Assembly: GCF_902459465.1 (NCBI RefSeq)
Contig: NC_047076.1
Span: forward strand, 1,488,001-1,552,000
Source of the DNA: Asterias rubens
Taxonomy: Eukaryota
Length of the DNA: 64,000 bases
Direction of reading: 5' to 3'
This document shows positions 23,659-36,548 of this stretch, piece by piece. Under the pieces are notes generated by a model. It did no database searches and had not been told where the DNA came from. It saw only the letters and a program-made list of their open reading frames with translations. The position numbers and the translations under genes are program-made. Position 1 is the first letter of the stretch. Each line of letters opens with the position of its first letter.

Positions 23659-23925
23659 TAATAATAGTGATAATAATAGTATAGGTATTTATATAGCGTC
23701 TTTAACACAGATCAAAGCGCTGAACAGTTAATAAAACAAGAACAATGCAAGGAAAGAAAGATAAACAAAACAGCAAGGGATTAATGACGAGGCTGACTGA
23801 AGAAGTAGGTTTTGAGTTTTTTTTAAATGGCAGTAGAAGATGATTCCCCAATGAGTTTAGGTAATTTGTTCCATTCCTTCGACCCAGCCAGAGAAAAAGA
23901 TTTGGAGCCGGCAGATCGAGAAGGC
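23659..23925 (-). mobile_element. L2/CR1-type LINE 3' fragment
   Basis: The - strand reads RSAGSKSFSLAGSKEWNKLPKLIGESSSTA..KKLKTYF, the typical ORF2 C-terminus, followed by an (ATT)-rich tail. Confidence 0.7.
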
Positions 23926-25098
23926 CTGTGCTTTAAGTCTCTACCAGGCCTATTTGCTTGACTGGGAAGGGCACCAAGGAATTTTCTCCTTGGTAAAGGG
24001 CACCCTGCGAGGAAATTATAAAATTTCTTTCGGAACATTTCAAGGGCACAAGGTAATGACCAGAGGGCATAGAAGCAATCACCTTCGTTACCTCCATCAG
24101 GCCTGCTCAAGTCCTGAATCTAATTTCTATTTGTTCATTTGTGTTTTCCTCTTATAATGACATTCCTGTTATAAAGATCCATTGGTTATAAAGAGGCGCG
24201 GCGACATTGATAACATGGAGGTAGAGTTAACAACTAGACAAAAGCGCTAGCGGGATAGGATGAGCTTTGCGTTACATATTTTTCCCTAAAAATATGTATT
24301 TATTTTTTCTATGGGGAAGGAGGAGACTGTACTGTGAAAGGAAAAGTACAAAAATTCAACCCCCAAATTGTTTGTTATGATGTTAGACTGCCCCTTTAAG
24401 TACTGTCGTCTGGTGCCAGCCTCTTACGTAATAACAAGGCGTTGTGTTTAACGCAAGGCCAACAACAAAAGTGGTATGGTACCCTGTGTCACCACTACAG
24501 CAGTACTGTGTATGGTAATGAATGGGTGCACGTCGTCAATACATGCACAGCTAGGTGGTGGCAATGTGTACACAAAGTGATGTAACCGACAATATACAAT
24601 ACGATGCATTGTGTGGTTTCGTGTCACACACTCACAAGACCACTTGTGTGACTTGACCTGTCTGGTTAGTGAGCCCAATTCTACCTCCATGGTGAGCCGA
24701 AGAGATTTGCTGCTGCACAAAAGGAAGCCGATATTCCTTCCTTCGACGTTTCAAATTCCATCATGGTATAATCCGCATGGTCACGGTGTAAACTGTAGTG
24801 TAGCGAGATTGTCTTGCCAAAAGTGCCGTCGAACATCGAATGGCTACATTTCAAGCTAAAAGGTGAGATATTGAAAACGGGTTCAATCTTCATAATTTTT
24901 TTAGGAGGATACGCACTGTTGGGTTTTAAACTTATGTTCTGGTGTGTAATTGCTGTAAAAATGTTTGTGCGGCTTATATATTATTATTAATAAAAAAATA
25001 TGATTAATTAAGGGAAACTCAAAATAAGACGGGCACAAGTGTGACAAGGCATGTTCAATTGATTACACATTTGGACATAAGAATAAAAAAATTACTTG

Positions 25099-25615
25099 AA
25101 GTAGGGAGGCCGGCACTTTTCATGTTTTTTTTTACGAACCCCACAAGTTTGGTACCATTGTAAAGAGAATTTAAAGAGAAATTCAATGGTGTAAAAATCA
25201 GCTTCATAGCTGAAAGTATAGAGAAGTTATGGTAATTTAAAGTTCAAAAATAGGCGTTTTCTGTCTGTAAGTAGGGAGGCCGGCACTTTTCATGTTTTTT
25301 TTTAAAGGAACCCCACAAGTTTAGTACCATTGAAAAGAGAATTTAAAGAGAAATGCAATGGTGTAAAAATCAGCTTCATAGCTGAAAGTATAGAGAAGTT
25401 ATGGTAATTTAAAGTTCAAAAATAGGCGTTTTCTGTCTGTAAGTAGGGAGGCCGGCACTTTTCATGTTTTTTTTTAAAGGAACCCCACAAGTTTAGTACC
25501 ATTGAAAAGAGAATTTAAAGAGAAATGCAATGGTGTAAAAATCAGCTTCATAGCTGAAAGTATAGAGAAGTTATGGTAATTTAAAGTTCAAAAATAGGCG
25601 TTTTCTGTCTGTAAG
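25099..25615. repeat. Tandem triplication of a 170-172 bp unit
   Basis: Units start at 25099, 25269 and 25441 (AAGTAGGGAGGCCGGCACTTTT...). Copies 2 and 3 look identical; copy 1 has several differences. Confidence 0.9.
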
Positions 25616-26314
25616 ATTTTACTGACGCAAATCCAAAATCACAAAATTGTATGTTGGGTGGCCATAACAAAAATAACTTCAAATTCATCATACATGAACT
25701 AAATTACCTTAAAAAATAATTTGGAGGTCTCCTTTTCTGTAATCTTCCATTAATTGGTATGTGTACAGCTGCTCATCTTCGTCATATTTGATGTTGAACC
25801 AAGATGGATATCCAGGGACCTATTAACAAAATTGTTATTTTAACAATTTTGTTAAACAAGAATGTGTGCTTACATTGTACCAGCCTTTATTTTCGTCAAT
25901 ATATGCTAGCCACATGGAGTCTTGCTCCTCATCTGATATATCTGACTCCGAAATATCTGTATATCTGCATATTAATTGTACAAAAAAGGTAATTATTAAT
26001 TGTACTTGATTTGTCAGGGCCCTTGAAAAAGTTCATCATAAACCATAGATGGGAAGCAAATTCATCCTCTTCTAGTCTAGAGAAAATAAATAAAACAAAT
26101 TATAAATAAGAAAAATTTAAGTTTGTTTTATTTATTATTGAATTAAATTTAAATGTTTATCATCAACAATGTCATTAAATGGTAAAGAAATTGTGGTATA
26201 AACAATGTAAACAAAAAGTATAGGCCTTACAACACATGCACTGTGTTGACTGTTGTCAACAAAGCCTGAATAAAATTCCACTCACAACTGCAACGATGTT
26301 TTTGGCATTTGCCA

Positions 26315-26469
26315 TTAAGGCCGAGTTAAAGTCGGTCGCGCGATGGTCGGGCGTCGGAAATCTGGACGCGCGATCATAAAAAGACACGGTTTTTAGGCCT
26401 CAGTCTTAGGATTGCGCGCAAGATTTCCGTCGCGCGACCATCGCGCGACCGACTATAAACCGGCCTTTA
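26315..26469. mobile_element. CpG-rich fold-back MITE (copy of 5643-5830)
   Basis: TTAAGGCCGAGTTAAAGTCGGTCGCGCG...CGCGCGACCGACTATAAACCGGCCTTTA. Confidence 0.75.
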
Positions 26470-26784
26470 GACCTCCCCATTAAAATCGCCCATGCGCCCA
26501 TTTTGCGCCTTCGTTAAAAAAAATAAAAAAATGTATCCTTTATTGGTGAATGTATAAGTGTTCAGAAAAACATAGTTTCATATAAGTTTCATCGACTCCT
26601 GATGTGTGTATTTTGGAGTTTTTTAAGTAAAAAACATGGTAGAAAACTGTACCTTTTTTGGCCTCTTGCAAACAGTCTTGTTAAGGAGTCACCACATTCG
26701 CGAAAGTTGGCATGTCACACATCAAACGAAAGAGCTTGCTTTCTTCTACAAAATGATGACATCATCTATGCAAACCCCCCTAAA

Positions 26785-26870
26785 TCTCGCGAGATCTAGC
26801 CTAAAACGCGAGTTGGCATTAGGACCAGAAATCAAGATGGCCGCGCCCAAGAGTTGACGCGTCGGTAAGT
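26785..26870 (+). promoter_or_regulatory. Probable TMEM106 promoter and non-coding first exon
   Basis: CpG-rich patch with palindromic TCTCGCGAGA (26785-26794; BANP/ZBTB33-type motif) and CAAGATGGCCGC (26833-26844; YY1-type motif). A strong donor CG|GTAAGT follows at 26864/26865, with an acceptor (TAG, 27845) just before the TMEM106 ATG. Confidence 0.55.
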
Positions 26871-27865
26871 CAGCGCTGATTAAGCGGGATTTTCTTGAAA
26901 TAATTCATCTCATAAACCATACCCATTGGGACAAAAAATAAGACAAATGAAAAGATCAATCTTTCATCTACTGAAATATTGTTTAAATTCCTACTTTTGA
27001 TGAATGAAAAGGTCAACAAACGCTGATTATAAATTTTGTTTTTTACACGCTTACAGATATAAATCTGAAAACAGTCGTTTCACTGGCCTCCCTACTTGAA
27101 GTTGAACATTCTATTTTCATGAAAAATAAAATGAATTGAAAATTGACTCCCACAACACGGATCTTTTCTTTGGTCATCCCTCCCCTGCCCCTCCCCCACC
27201 ATCTTGGGATTATCTTGGGATTAAAAAGAAATTAGCAGTAGTACAAAAAGGGTGAAAATATAGATCCAATATAAATGCTTAATTAATATAATTTTAAGGT
27301 AGAAAATAGAAGATAATTACTATTTGGGATGTACACATTAGGGAGAAAATGCTATTTAATAAGTTCTCAAAGGTGCTGTTGCAGCATGTTGACTGCGAAG
27401 CGGGATGCAAATGGTTTACGGTTCTCGTTCGGCTGCGAGTATGTGGGTACATAAAAAAACAGGAGGGCGCTATAATTATGATCCGAGTGAGTGAGATGGT
27501 GTACTATAGTTTACTAAAGAAAGGCAGTACTCATTATAGTCATATATTTTACTATGAGGAATTTGTAAATTTCTATTCAATTTCTACTGTCCGAGCATTT
27601 CAAGGGCACCAAGGCATTGGCATGGGGGCATGGAGGCAACCGCCCTCGTTGCCGCCATGAAGTATCAGGCCTGCATGCCTAATATGAATCTTCTTTGAGT
27701 AGTTGTCGGTTCTGAAAATACCAAAGGTTTGACAAGTAGGACTTGAACATTTGCATTGTAGAAATACGATATGGAAAGGTTTGCGGTAACACCATGTAAT
27801 GACTATCTCTTAAAGGTTGACAACTGAATATTTTCTGTTAAATAGGCCATAAGACGTAGATTGGC

Positions 27866-30407
27866 ATGAGCGGTAACATCGCACCAGACATCATGGGAGC
27901 CTCTGGAGGAAAAGACGCGCCTCTTCTAAGTTCAGCCTCCCCTTGTGATCATAATTATTCATCTATCGATCACTTGAACTCAAATGCGACCAATGAACAG
28001 AGAGAAGAGAATTCAAATAGTATTCCACCATCGGTGAATTTTAGAACTCCGTCATTCTCGTATGAAGAATTGAGCACTGGTCTAACGTGCCCAACGTGCA
28101 AAGGAACTGGAAAAATTCCAAGAGGTAAATATATCTTCCGTTAAAATCTTCACCCTTAGACCTCAATCAAGCCTGATTCATACTTCCTCCGGATGAGAAG
28201 CGATTTTTGACGTCACATGGCTGTTGTCGCTTCAAATGTTACGCAGAAGTTAAGCAATCGTGTGAGTTTGTGACGCCACAATACGCATCATATTCGCAGG
28301 AAGTATAATCATGGTTCCTTAATTATGCACTGTCGATGATATTGTTATGTTTTTCAATACTATTATGGTTTATACAACCAATTTTAAGTGTCCTGTTCTT
28401 ATAATTAAACATTGCCTTTTTTCTCAACAGGCCAAGAAGATGATCTTGTTGCTCTTATTCCTTACAGAGACGACCGTTTAAAACCTCGTAGAACGTAAGT
28501 ATTCCAATCTCAAACACAACGATTCCATCTCAAACACAATGCTTTCTCATGATGTTAACATAAACTTTTCTAGGTAAAGTGGTTATGCAAAGATAAGGGG
28601 CACAGTAACATGTTCTATATTTTCAGGCAATACCATGTACACATGTTATGCATGTTACAGGTTTGCGTTTGTACTTGATAAAATGTACTACCTTTTTCCC
28701 AAGGACCAGGGCCACATTTCATAGAGCTGCTTAGCCACAAAACTTTGCTTCTAAAGCATGATATTTCTTCCTTGATTAAAACAAGATTACCAACCAAATT
28801 TTCTTTTTGTGGCATATTGCTTGTTACTGCTATTCAGCTGTTGTTTGCTTATAAATCCTGAAAATCGCACGGAAATTTGGTTGGTAATCCTGTTATCATC
28901 AAGGAAGAAATTTCAGGCGTAGCAAATTTTTGTGCTAAGCAGCTCTACGAAATTGGGCCCATATCTTGCCTGATTAAATAAATATTTGACTTGAATTATT
29001 TGTCTAAAACTATCATTTATTGTTTCTTCATCATCAGGTGGTTGTACGTGTCGTTGTCCTTCATCATCTGTATTGCCTTAGCGGGTGGCCTTAGTGCCCT
29101 TCTCATTCCACGCTCTGTCGATGTCGTCCAAGACAATGTCACAACTTTATATGTTGATCTGAATGTTACAAGAAATAGATGTTTCATGACATTACAAGTA
29201 AGTTTCTTCTCTGATTTTAAAAAAGGTTTTGAAAACTCCTTATCAGGCCTGGTATTGCACGTAGCCCACCGAGTCCATGGACTCTGTTGCCCAGGTTGTG
29301 ACCTTGGTACCACTTCCAAATTTTCCAATAAAAGCGCCCTTTGCAAAATAAAAACAGCCTTGCCCTCTCATAGATGCAACTACAGGCGTGCATTATTTTA
29401 GTTTGACTATGCAAAATTGGTGGATGGTTTGGCTTTGGCTTAATTCTTTTTATGACAATTTTCAGCTTAATTGTTATAATACACTGCATTCTGCTTTTGC
29501 TATAATTATTGGGTCTGTACTTGTAAATCCTACACTTTATTCTGCATTTACAAATGTTTTACAGGTTTTGGTTTTTCTTTGCTAAAGTGTTCCTAACTTT
29601 TCTCCATGTTTTTTAAACGTAATACTTGTACTTCATGTTTGACATGGCTTGTGCACCTAACTTTATTCCATAATTTAATGTAGTTACCTGTGCATTTATG
29701 TGCTTAACCCAGTATTTAATTCCTTGTTAAGTGCTATGGCATGCAGGCCTGATACTTCACGGAGGCAACGAAGGCGATTGCCTCCGTTGCCCCTTGCCAT
29801 TGCCTTGGTGCCCTTGAAATGCTCCAGTAGGAATTTACAATTTCCTCATAGGGTGCCCTTTGCCAAAGAGAAAATGCCTTGGTGCCCTTGCCCTTTCAAA
29901 AACGAAGCATACAGCCCTTGGCATGTATGTTTTAGATGTAAGATGCTGTACAGGCCTAAGATGTATATTATTACCATTGTTATTATCTTTATTAATATGA
30001 CGAGGCTGCTGACAGAAAATATGACTTGTAGTAGTATCTTTGTGAAACATTTTTTTGTTTGTACTTTCTTTTCAGTCTACTTATAATGTGACGAATAATA
30101 ATTTTGTTGCCGTGAGTGCAAATGACTTCCAACTTGACGTGACAGTGATGTTCTATCAAAAGATGGTTCTAAACCAGAAATTTGTTCGGAATCAGAAGAT
30201 AGGAATCAGGAGCACACAGCAGGTATGATGAGAACCTCTCCCCTCTCTCCGTCTACCTCTTGTTTGTTTGTTTGTTTGTTTGTTTAGATGATCTAAGCAT
30301 CAAGGGAACTCGGCAAACTCCCACAGTAATGTTATATTGCTTTATGTGTTTTTGTTCTGCGCCAGGAGCATCAATACTTTATGGATACCGGCGCATTAAA
30401 AGCGTTC

Positions 30408-30456
<49 letters not shown>

Positions 30457-31846
30457 GAACACCAAGCTGGCAACAGCCAATCTCTCTCATACAAACAATG
30501 ACTTAACGTCTATGATTATGCATAGCACAAATCAAAACATTGTGATTTAGTCACTAGATGGCAGTACTATTCTCAACTTACAACTCAATATTCTCTTTAT
30601 AAAATTTTCTTTTTGTACAGGTTATAGAAAACTTCAACATTACGCTGAATCGCAGTCTCTTTCCAATGTAAGTTGTAAATTTGATTGAACTATCTTCCAT
30701 TTTATTTTTCCTTCAAATATTCAAAATGGATTCAGACTACTTCACCTCTCAGCCTCATTATGGTTTGCACTCGTTTGAATGGGAGAGGAACTGCATCTAT
30801 TGCAACCCTGATACAGAGTTGTGAATTGAGAGAGTTGTGATTGAAAGTCATTTTTTGGTCCCCAAGATGTATTTATGGACACGGGGTGCCAGACTTAACT
30901 GCACAGTGGATTGTGCTGCATTCAGACTGAAAATGGTGTCGTGCAACCAAAACACTATACCTGATATCACAACAAAATATACAGTAAACCATTAAATCAG
31001 TAAATATATATTTAGATGCTGTTGGTTAATTAAAAATACGAAAGAGTAAAAGCACAACATTAAAGAAGTAAAAACCCTAGGTCACTAAAAAAAAACTTAT
31101 TATACATTAAAAATTACATTAACACACCATTAAAAACAGAACCATTTAAAAACATACAAATTTGTTACTTGTTATTGTTGCAGTGATTACTGTAAGCCTA
31201 CACCACAGCATGATAACCATATCTTCATGAAATTTCAGTAAGTATCTCTTATTTTCTTGCATTTCCTGCTCAGTTTCTGTGTATTTTTGGTATGTTTAAG
31301 GTTACTGATAATGATTTTTTTTGTGCAGTTCTATGACCTTTATACTGACGCACGGTCACAGGATGTATTCTGTACAACATAATATCAAATTCATGTATGT
31401 GTACTAATTCTGAAAAGTTGTTATATGTTCCTTGTCCGTGTATATTATGTTACTGTGAAATAAATATCAGTGTTATTATTTTAATTCTCACAGTGTAGGA
31501 TAATAGAGTTTGTATCTTGTCTTAATCATTTGTATATCAAGTAGTAATAAGTATTTGTTGTAAACTTTTATTTCTGTCTTACTCCTTAGAAAAACTTTCA
31601 AGGATAATAACATTTTTGTATCTTATCTTATTTATTTGTATATCACGTAACAAGTAGTTGTTGTAAATTTTCATTTGTGTCTTGCTCCTTAGGACAACTT
31701 TCAACTTTACTCTTATGGCACAGACGGATCAACAAGTTGTGATCGAGTATTTCCGCATCGACTGCAATCCAGAAGATGCCCAAGACGCAAAGAAATTAGA
31801 TGCTTCATACAACGACGCTCGGATGTTATTCACCAGCCTGGAATGA
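27866..31846 (+). CDS. TMEM106B: TMEM106-family type II lysosomal membrane protein (TMEM106B-like), 7 coding exons, ~294 aa
   Basis: Exons 27866-28124, 28431-28494, 29038-29197, 30076-30222, 30621-30667, 31184-31237, 31693-31846 (885 nt, phases consistent). Contains [35 protein letters not shown], a TM helix, IPRSVDV, and luminal DYC...RIDC cysteines. Probably a co-ortholog of TMEM106A/B/C. Confidence 0.9.
28706..28960. mobile_element. Family C MITE
   Basis: CCAGGGCCACATTTCATAGAGCTGC...GCAGCTCTACGAAATTGGGCCC; similar to 43488-43710. Confidence 0.75.
29745..29925 (+). mobile_element. Dispersed GGTGCCCTT-rich repeat (CAGGCCTG end; possibly hAT-like)
   Basis: Related fragments at about 6580-6800, 18430-18540, 23940-24105, 27590-27675, 29243-29390, 35527-35600, 45325-45480 and 63554-63718. 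The superfamily assignment is uncertain. Confidence 0.5.
30410..30455. repeat. (ATT)n microsatellite / retroelement tail
   Basis: About 15 ATT units preceded by GGCGCATTAAAAGCGTTC, resembling a LINE/SINE 3' end. Confidence 0.8.
30551..30566 (+). promoter_or_regulatory. CTCF-like motif in TMEM106 intron 4
   Basis: TCACTAGATGGCAGTA matches CCRCYAGRKGGCRSYA at 15/16 positions; motif match only. Confidence 0.3.
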
Positions 31847-31856
31847 CCTTTTACAA

Positions 31857-32042
31857 CAGGGGCTCCGGTTTCATAGAGCTGCTTAAGCAGAAAAAGTAGC
31901 TAAGCATAACAAATTTATGCTTACCAGAATAAGGTTACCAGCCAAACTAACATGTACAGTTTATGACTGGTACCCTGCTCATTTCTGCTTGCAGACAGTC
32001 ATTAAGCAGTATTTTCTGCTTAAGGTACTATGAAATTGGGCC
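31857..32042. mobile_element. Family C MITE in the TMEM106 3' UTR
   Basis: GGTTTCATAGAGCTGCTTAAGCAG...CTGCTTAAGGTACTATGAAATTGGGCC, starting about 10 nt after the stop codon. Confidence 0.75.
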
Positions 32043-34422
32043 ATGGTCACAACGTCATCATACTGCTTTTTCCTCATGCTTTTTCTTGGGCTGAGAAAAC
32101 AAAGTTGTCATGGACATAGACTGGCTCCTGTTATTAGTGAACTATGATATGACCATATTGGTGGACAGGATACCCAACAATGGTGGCCGCAGCATGGTGA
32201 ATATCTACTGTTCTATCTGCCCTATGAACAAAGCACTGCTCAGTAGAGAGCACACAGGGTCAGAGGTTAAAGGTCAGGTTAGCTTCTTGTAGCAGTGTCA
32301 TGCACATTTAAAAAAAAACTTGCATATCACTTAATCAAGTTTCAAAATCAACTTACACTGTGCATCCAATGAACTAATTTGGTTTATAATTTGAAAATTC
32401 ATGGCCATTTGGTTTTAAAATATGTATATTTTTTGCGTGAACATCGTTATAAGATAATTGTCTTGTCCACCTGTAGAACCACTTTAAGTGTTTACTGCAT
32501 TCAAGTATATGTACTGTCCATGAACTTTAATAATATTTTCTTGTAAAATAATTTTTGTTTGAAGCAGCTATTCAAATAATTTATTGCCTGTTTGTTTAGG
32601 TATTAAAAAGTCATTAAAATGAATAAACATGTGTATATTTTTCAGGGAGTAAACATAAAAACAAAAAATTTACAAATTGTTTAATTTGAATGATTGGTGC
32701 ATCCAGTTGAGACCTCAGAAAAAAACATTCCGGGTTTAATCAGGAAGATGGACAAAGAGAGATCTTAAAGATTCCCTCTGCAAAAATCTTAAACATTGTG
32801 GGAATTAACACAATATATTGTCTTTCATTTTGTCTGAAACCCAGACTACCTTATGACCAAATGAATGGTATTCTTTCTAATGGCAATGGATCCAGTACAC
32901 TAGAAAACTTGGATGAAAATGAATTTATGGCTTTTACGCAAACAATGTACACCACTTTATAGGTGGATTTAACTTGATAGTAAACGCAGTCCTGTTAGTT
33001 CAAAGGTGGTCACATTACAATGTTTACCTGGGCCAAATTTCATAGAGCTGCTTAGCACAAAAAAGTAGATAAGCAAAACAAATTTTGCATACCAGAATGA
33101 GGTTTACCAGCTAAACTTTCATGTCACATGTACAAATTGTGACTGGTATCCCGCTCATATCTGCTTAGTAGACTTGTTAAGTAATACTTTCTGCTTAAGC
33201 AGCTCTATACAGGAGCTTTAATTTGAGGCCTTGGTCCTTTATCACACAGCCCAACCCTGGTAGTTTTAAAGAGGCACTGTGGTCATAATCAATGTAAGCC
33301 GGTGGATGTTCATGGACTATGAACTCTCACCTAGTTACTGCATGGCGCTCTCTCTGGCTGTATTGTTCTATGGAGAGTGTGCTTTTTGGATTACTTTAAA
33401 ATTGGTGTTTTAAATTATATTTTAAGAGAATATATATCAATAATAACTTTTGTAATAAACACTTTGTGTACAATGAAATTCAACATTGAGTCTATCTACT
33501 TCTTGCCTTTTAAAGCCATCTTTCAACATAGTAGCATTTCATTATTGTTTGCCAGTTTCATGATTGACTAGTATAGACTTCTTACATTGGCTGCTGTGCA
33601 TCGCTGAGGTCAAAGAATGGAAATGCGTACACGCTGCGAACAACTATCAATCAGTCAATCAGTGAGTCAATCATAAAACTGGTTCAATGAAATTGAATGG
33701 TCAGGCAGTAGGAGGGTTGACTGTGTACCGGGTAGATGCATTCACCAGGTGATGTCATGTTGTTGCAATGAAATTGAATGATCAGACAGTAGGAGAGTTG
33801 ACTGTATAAATATACTATGTTAGCTTGTACACAATATATTTTGTACAAGATTTAACTATAAGTTTATCTATATTTCAAGACCACCGTACATGTATAGTCG
33901 GACAGTACTACTGGGATGGTTACAACCAATGAATACACAACCAAATATTTATATTTATTGCCTCATATATTTCCTTTGAAAGGATTTATTTATTTGTACC
34001 TTATTCAGTATTGGTACGATTTCACAAAAAATACCCTGTAACTAAAACCAAACCACACATGTAACATGCAAGAATGACATAACTGCTAACTTCAATCCCA
34101 TTGCCGATTTTTTACCTTCAGAAAATTCAGCTAAGTTGTTACTATAGCACACAAAGTCTATAAAGGCTTTTTCTACAAGCGGTACTGTACATGTTTATAG
34201 GTCTGGCCTTCTATCATGTCTATACTCAATAAAACTGGTCCTCTTTTTCCCTAAGGGCAAAATATGCATAATATGTAGACACACTGTTGCATAACCTTCA
34301 GCACACTGAAACTCGACCATCTTTTACTCCACTATCTTAAACACACACTAAAAATAATAGCCTTGAAATGGTTAAAAGCATTTATTGACAATTGGTTATT
34401 GTGAACTACAGTGCATTTGGTG

Positions 34423-34551
34423 CTCAGTATGTGGTATTATCTAACTGGTCCCCTCCTATTGTGATTCTCAGTATGTGGTATGATCTAACTGGTCCCCTCC
34501 TATTGTGATTCTCAGTATGTGGTATTATCTAACTGGTCCCCTCCTATTGTG
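34423..34551. repeat. 44-bp tandem repeat, ~3 copies
   Basis: CTCAGTATGTGGTATTATCTAACTGGTCCCCTCCTATTGTGATT at 34423, 34467 and 34511. Confidence 0.9.
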
Positions 34552-36548
34552 TCTTTATTATGCTCCCTGGAGTCTGATGAATTCTTTATGGGATTTCAGG
34601 GGGAGGGGGAGTGACTTTTGTACAGGAGCTGTGTTGGTTAAAGGGAAGGTTTAGGTCTGGTAATTTCTCTTAAAATTAGTGGCATAAAAACTTTTGGTTA
34701 AATTAAGCCTACAGCAGCGTTTGATAAAACATGTATAAAGCATTTTGAGAAACATTTCACTTTGAAGTAATGTGGTAAAAAGTTATTAGTTGTAATGCCC
34801 TAAACTTGAATCTTAGAAACGTTAAAGTCAGTAACAATTCTTATGATTGTGTGCATGGCATGCACGGCATGTACAATGTATTCCTATTGGGGATTATTCT
34901 TCCAGCGTGGAGGTATTTGCTCCGGATTGTCCATTTGTATCTTGTATCTTTCTCTAATTGTTTATTTTATTGTTTCTTTAATGCGCTTAGAGGCTTTTGC
35001 ATTAGGCGCTTTACAAATGTCTTATTATTATTATTGTCGGCAATATCTCAAAAACTCGACCACCTTTTGAAATTAAATTTTCACCGGTCAAATACATTTA
35101 CATTTTAATAGGAGTGGCAGGAACTGCGGGTGTAGTAAATTATGACACACACGCTAATAATTTTTGCTAAAAATGCACTTGAAAAGATGGTGGCACACAT
35201 TTCTCAAGCTCAATGATGCCAAACTTAAGAGAGAAGTATGGGGTATACATGTAGTACAAACATAAAATTGTTAAATTTTTTCGCGTGGACAGTCGATTAG
35301 TATCGAAGTTGACAAACCAGTGCATGGTCCCCTGTTTCGCCTTGGGATTGTTGGTAAACTAGATTGTCAGTTTCCTCCGGGAGCTGTTCACCTTCAAACC
35401 ATGTTATGTTGATTATCTATAAGCTATCAACACAGCACAAGCCTTGAATTATTTTGCTCTTAAAGGCATTGGACACTATTGGTAGTTACTCAAAACAATT
35501 ATTAGCATAAAACCTTACTTGGTGACGGGGAGAACTTTGCAAAGGGCACCACAGCAAAAGCTCAGGGCATCATGGCAAATGCTGTTGGTGCCTTGGGTTA
35601 TTTTTATGTCTCCACAATAACAATACAATGTACATGGACTTTTAATAAGGCACTTAAATTTTCATGTTTATTGCATTTGTTATTAATTACTTTAAAAACA
35701 TTTTGACAATAAAAAGACCCAGACATCACAGGCCTGGCTGGCTGGCCTTGCCCTGGTCTTGGCCTCTGTTGCCCTGGACTTTGCCTTGCTGCCCCCACCA
35801 ATAGATTTTTCATAACTTTTTCAAACATTGTTTTATTAATTCAAGTTGATGTCACAATTTCCCAACTACTCACCAAACTTAAAAACCATGAAACAAAATA
35901 TACCTGTATTGCGTACTGGGACCATATCTCTATAATTTGACATCCAATCAGAAAGCACACAATATGTTTAGGTAATTATGCCTCGGTCAACAAAAAAGAT
36001 AACAAATTTTGGCAAGCGATTTATTGTTTATCAAATCTAAGAATACTGACATTATTTCAAAAAGCAGGACAGTTCAGAACTTTTCAGAACTGAGAAGTCT
36101 CCCGAACCCCCGAAAATCTACTCCGCAGTAGTAGAATAAAGCAAGACAGTTCTCTAAGAACAAACTCTACATGGCAAGTAGATACACACATGGTGTTACC
36201 GCAAACCAAGTATACATTGAAATTATTTCAGTTTTTAATAATAATAAATGTTAAATAAAATCCTTAAAATCTAGAATGAATACACAGAAATAAGTTTGTA
36301 ACTTTTAGAAAGTCTTTATAAACCCTTCACAGAAAAAGACAAGACAAAAAAAAACACAAAACCTTATAATGTTCCACTCTAACATTTAGCCTTTTTGAAA
36401 GTCTCTGCTAGGGTGGAAACCTCTTATTATTAACTATTTTGTGCATTTATACAACCAGTTCGTTTGGTTAGTTAACAGCTCATTCTATTTACTAAACATT
36501 TAAAAATAACCTTTTGAAGCTGCTGGTGGCAGTGCAACATGTCTTCCG

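Larger units (their letters stand above)
25094..27102. mobile_element. Putative ~2-kb TIR transposon relic
   Basis: ACTTGAAGT|AGGGAGGCC at 25094-25111 and GGCCTCCCT|ACTTGAAGT at 27085-27102: an inverted terminus plus an identical 9-bp flank. Confidence 0.4.

Noticed and set aside
24120-24900. GC-richer intergenic block with 70-90 aa ORFs
   Set aside because: There is no splice-consistent model or recognisable domain. It looks like a decayed transposon interior (an adjacent CCCCT|TTAA end at ~24399), but I could not define it.
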